Assembly (NCBI GenBank): GCA_029246985.1
Contig: JAQWMC010000002.1
Span: forward strand, 1-50,690
From: Pirellulales bacterium
Lineage (GTDB): Bacteria; Planctomycetota; Planctomycetia; Pirellulales; UBA1268
Direction of reading: 5' to 3'
DNA length: 50,690 nucleotides
Shown here: in pieces, positions 49,513-50,690 of the stretch
Layout: every line of letters starts with the position of its first letter
How positions within the stretch are numbered: the first letter of the stretch is position 1
Program-made: the position numbers and the translations under genes
Notes under the pieces: generated by a model
Told to the model about the DNA's origin: nothing
The model's input: the letters and a program-made list of their open reading frames with translations, nothing else
The model's database searches: none

Positions 49513-50493
49513 TCAGGCATCAGTTGTTTGTGGTGCAGTTGATTCCGACGATTTGTCTGATTCTTCGTTGAGTCCTAAGACTTCTGCGTTATTTGGTTCC
49601 TGTTCATCAGTAACTGCTGGAGCAAACCACCGCGGCACGATAGGAAGGCCAGCATCTTTCCAGAATGTTTCAAGGCGATCGCCGGCCAAACGTACAATTC
49701 GTTCGCGGCCGATACCCTTCAGAGCTTCTCGGGTAGCCCACGGTGTAACAGGCCCTTCGAAGCCTGCCTTCTCAGCAATATTGAGAAGTTCTACGGAGGT
49801 AATCACTCCAGTTTCGCCGGGCATGAGTCTTTGGCTCGCAACAAGTTCATTCGCTGTTACATCTGTTGGAGCATCAGAGATCCGCAATTCGACAATACGA
49901 TTTGCCGGTAATTGTGAAATCACAGACGCGGACTCACCGCCGAGGTGAAGTGCCCAGTTATCAACAACCACTCCAATTGAATCATGAGAACTCGAAATGA
50001 GTCCGAGTAGTCCTTCATAATTATGGATAAATTCATGTGAAAAATCTGCTCTCCGCTCGGCTTCAGGAACAATGGCAAGTCCAACTGCCACATCATGCTT
50101 TGCAGCCATGCTGCCAATCTGATCAAGACGACTGCGATGAAGCTCAAAAAGATCCTTGAAGGCATGCTCATCTGAACCAGGAACTACCGTTGCCGTGGCA
50201 CGGCTACATTCAGTTGCTTGGGCCATCTCAAATAGTTTAGGAAGTTGTTCGGCCTCTGAAGCGAATGTTGCATCGTCCCCAGCAAGTGTAATCGGCAGAT
50301 GAATTGAGGACGCCTGGAGTCGTGCACTCACCATCAGTCGGCGAGCATGGTCCACACCGTAGATCTCGGCTTGTTGGCAGAAGTCAAGGATATCGATATC
50401 CATGCCGTCGAAGCCAAAAGATAAAGCGAGTTCAATAAGTTCACTTGGACGTCCTGACAGCGGAAGGCCAATCGTACTGAGGTTCCTGAACAC
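49513..50493 (-). CDS. Xylose isomerase-like TIM-barrel protein, degenerate active site
   Basis: LA...GFDG.D, R.MPGETG, GFEGPVT fold markers; GTG start. Confidence 0.78.
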   Translation of the reverse strand: MFRNLSTIGLPLSGRPSELIELALSFGFDGMDIDILDFCQQAEIYGVDHARRLMVSARLQASSIHLPITLAGDDATFASEAEQLPKLFEMAQATECSRATATVVPGSDEHAFKDLFELHRSRLDQIGSMAAKHDVAVGLAIVPEAERRADFSHEFIHNYEGLLGLISSSHDSIGVVVDNWALHLGGESASVISQLPANRIVELRISDAPTDVTANELVASQRLMPGETGVITSVELLNIAEKAGFEGPVTPWATREALKGIGRERIVRLAGDRLETFWKDAGLPIVPRWFAPAVTDEQEPNNAEVLGLNEESDKSSESTAPQTTDA

Positions 50494-50690
50494 GGAGGGG
50501 GGGCTCCTCTAACAAAAAGGGTAGAGAAATGAATGTTTGTCAAAACGAAAACACTCATGACTCGCTGGATATACAAGCAGCCAAGATTATGCACAATTAC
50601 GGATCATTTTAGAAGCGGTCGCATTTTGATACGACCTGCTCCGCGAGGGTGAGCATTTTGCGACGCAGCGAAGCATTTTGCGTCAATTTT

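Noticed and set aside
50605-50690. CRISPR array
   Set aside because: Repeats are only 8-11 nt with 20-32 nt period and no cas genes are present

Overview
Core-chromosome window from a Planctomycetota bacterium, probably Pirellulales-like. This is inferred from the DUF1501/PPC/DUF1549-DUF1553/PSCyt1-WD40 module, the truncated MnmE-like GTPase and other lineage-typical hypothetical proteins. Most of it is densely packed housekeeping genes: der, mtnA, ald, cca-type nucleotidyltransferase, scpB, pgpA, def-fmt-miaB-glnE, ligA, glgP, rpsA and tRNA-Ala(GGC). No integrase, IS or CRISPR array was seen. The standout locus is a light-harvesting cassette at about 33.4-35.5 kb. It encodes a microbial rhodopsin with the uncommon DTK motif (Lys at the proton-donor site), an unusual Glu predicted in the retinal ring pocket, and a Brp/Blh retinal-forming dioxygenase. 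A perfect 15-bp hairpin separates the two genes, a palindrome overlaps the putative -35 box, and no carotenoid genes are in the window. Other oddities: two divergent genes whose candidate start codons share one CATG palindrome, an MnmE paralog lacking FCxGK, a degenerate HTTM pair, a tandem pair of single-TM helical proteins, and a flavin oxidase/RMD1-like/acyltransferase operon. All calls come from motif recognition by eye; no database searches were run.
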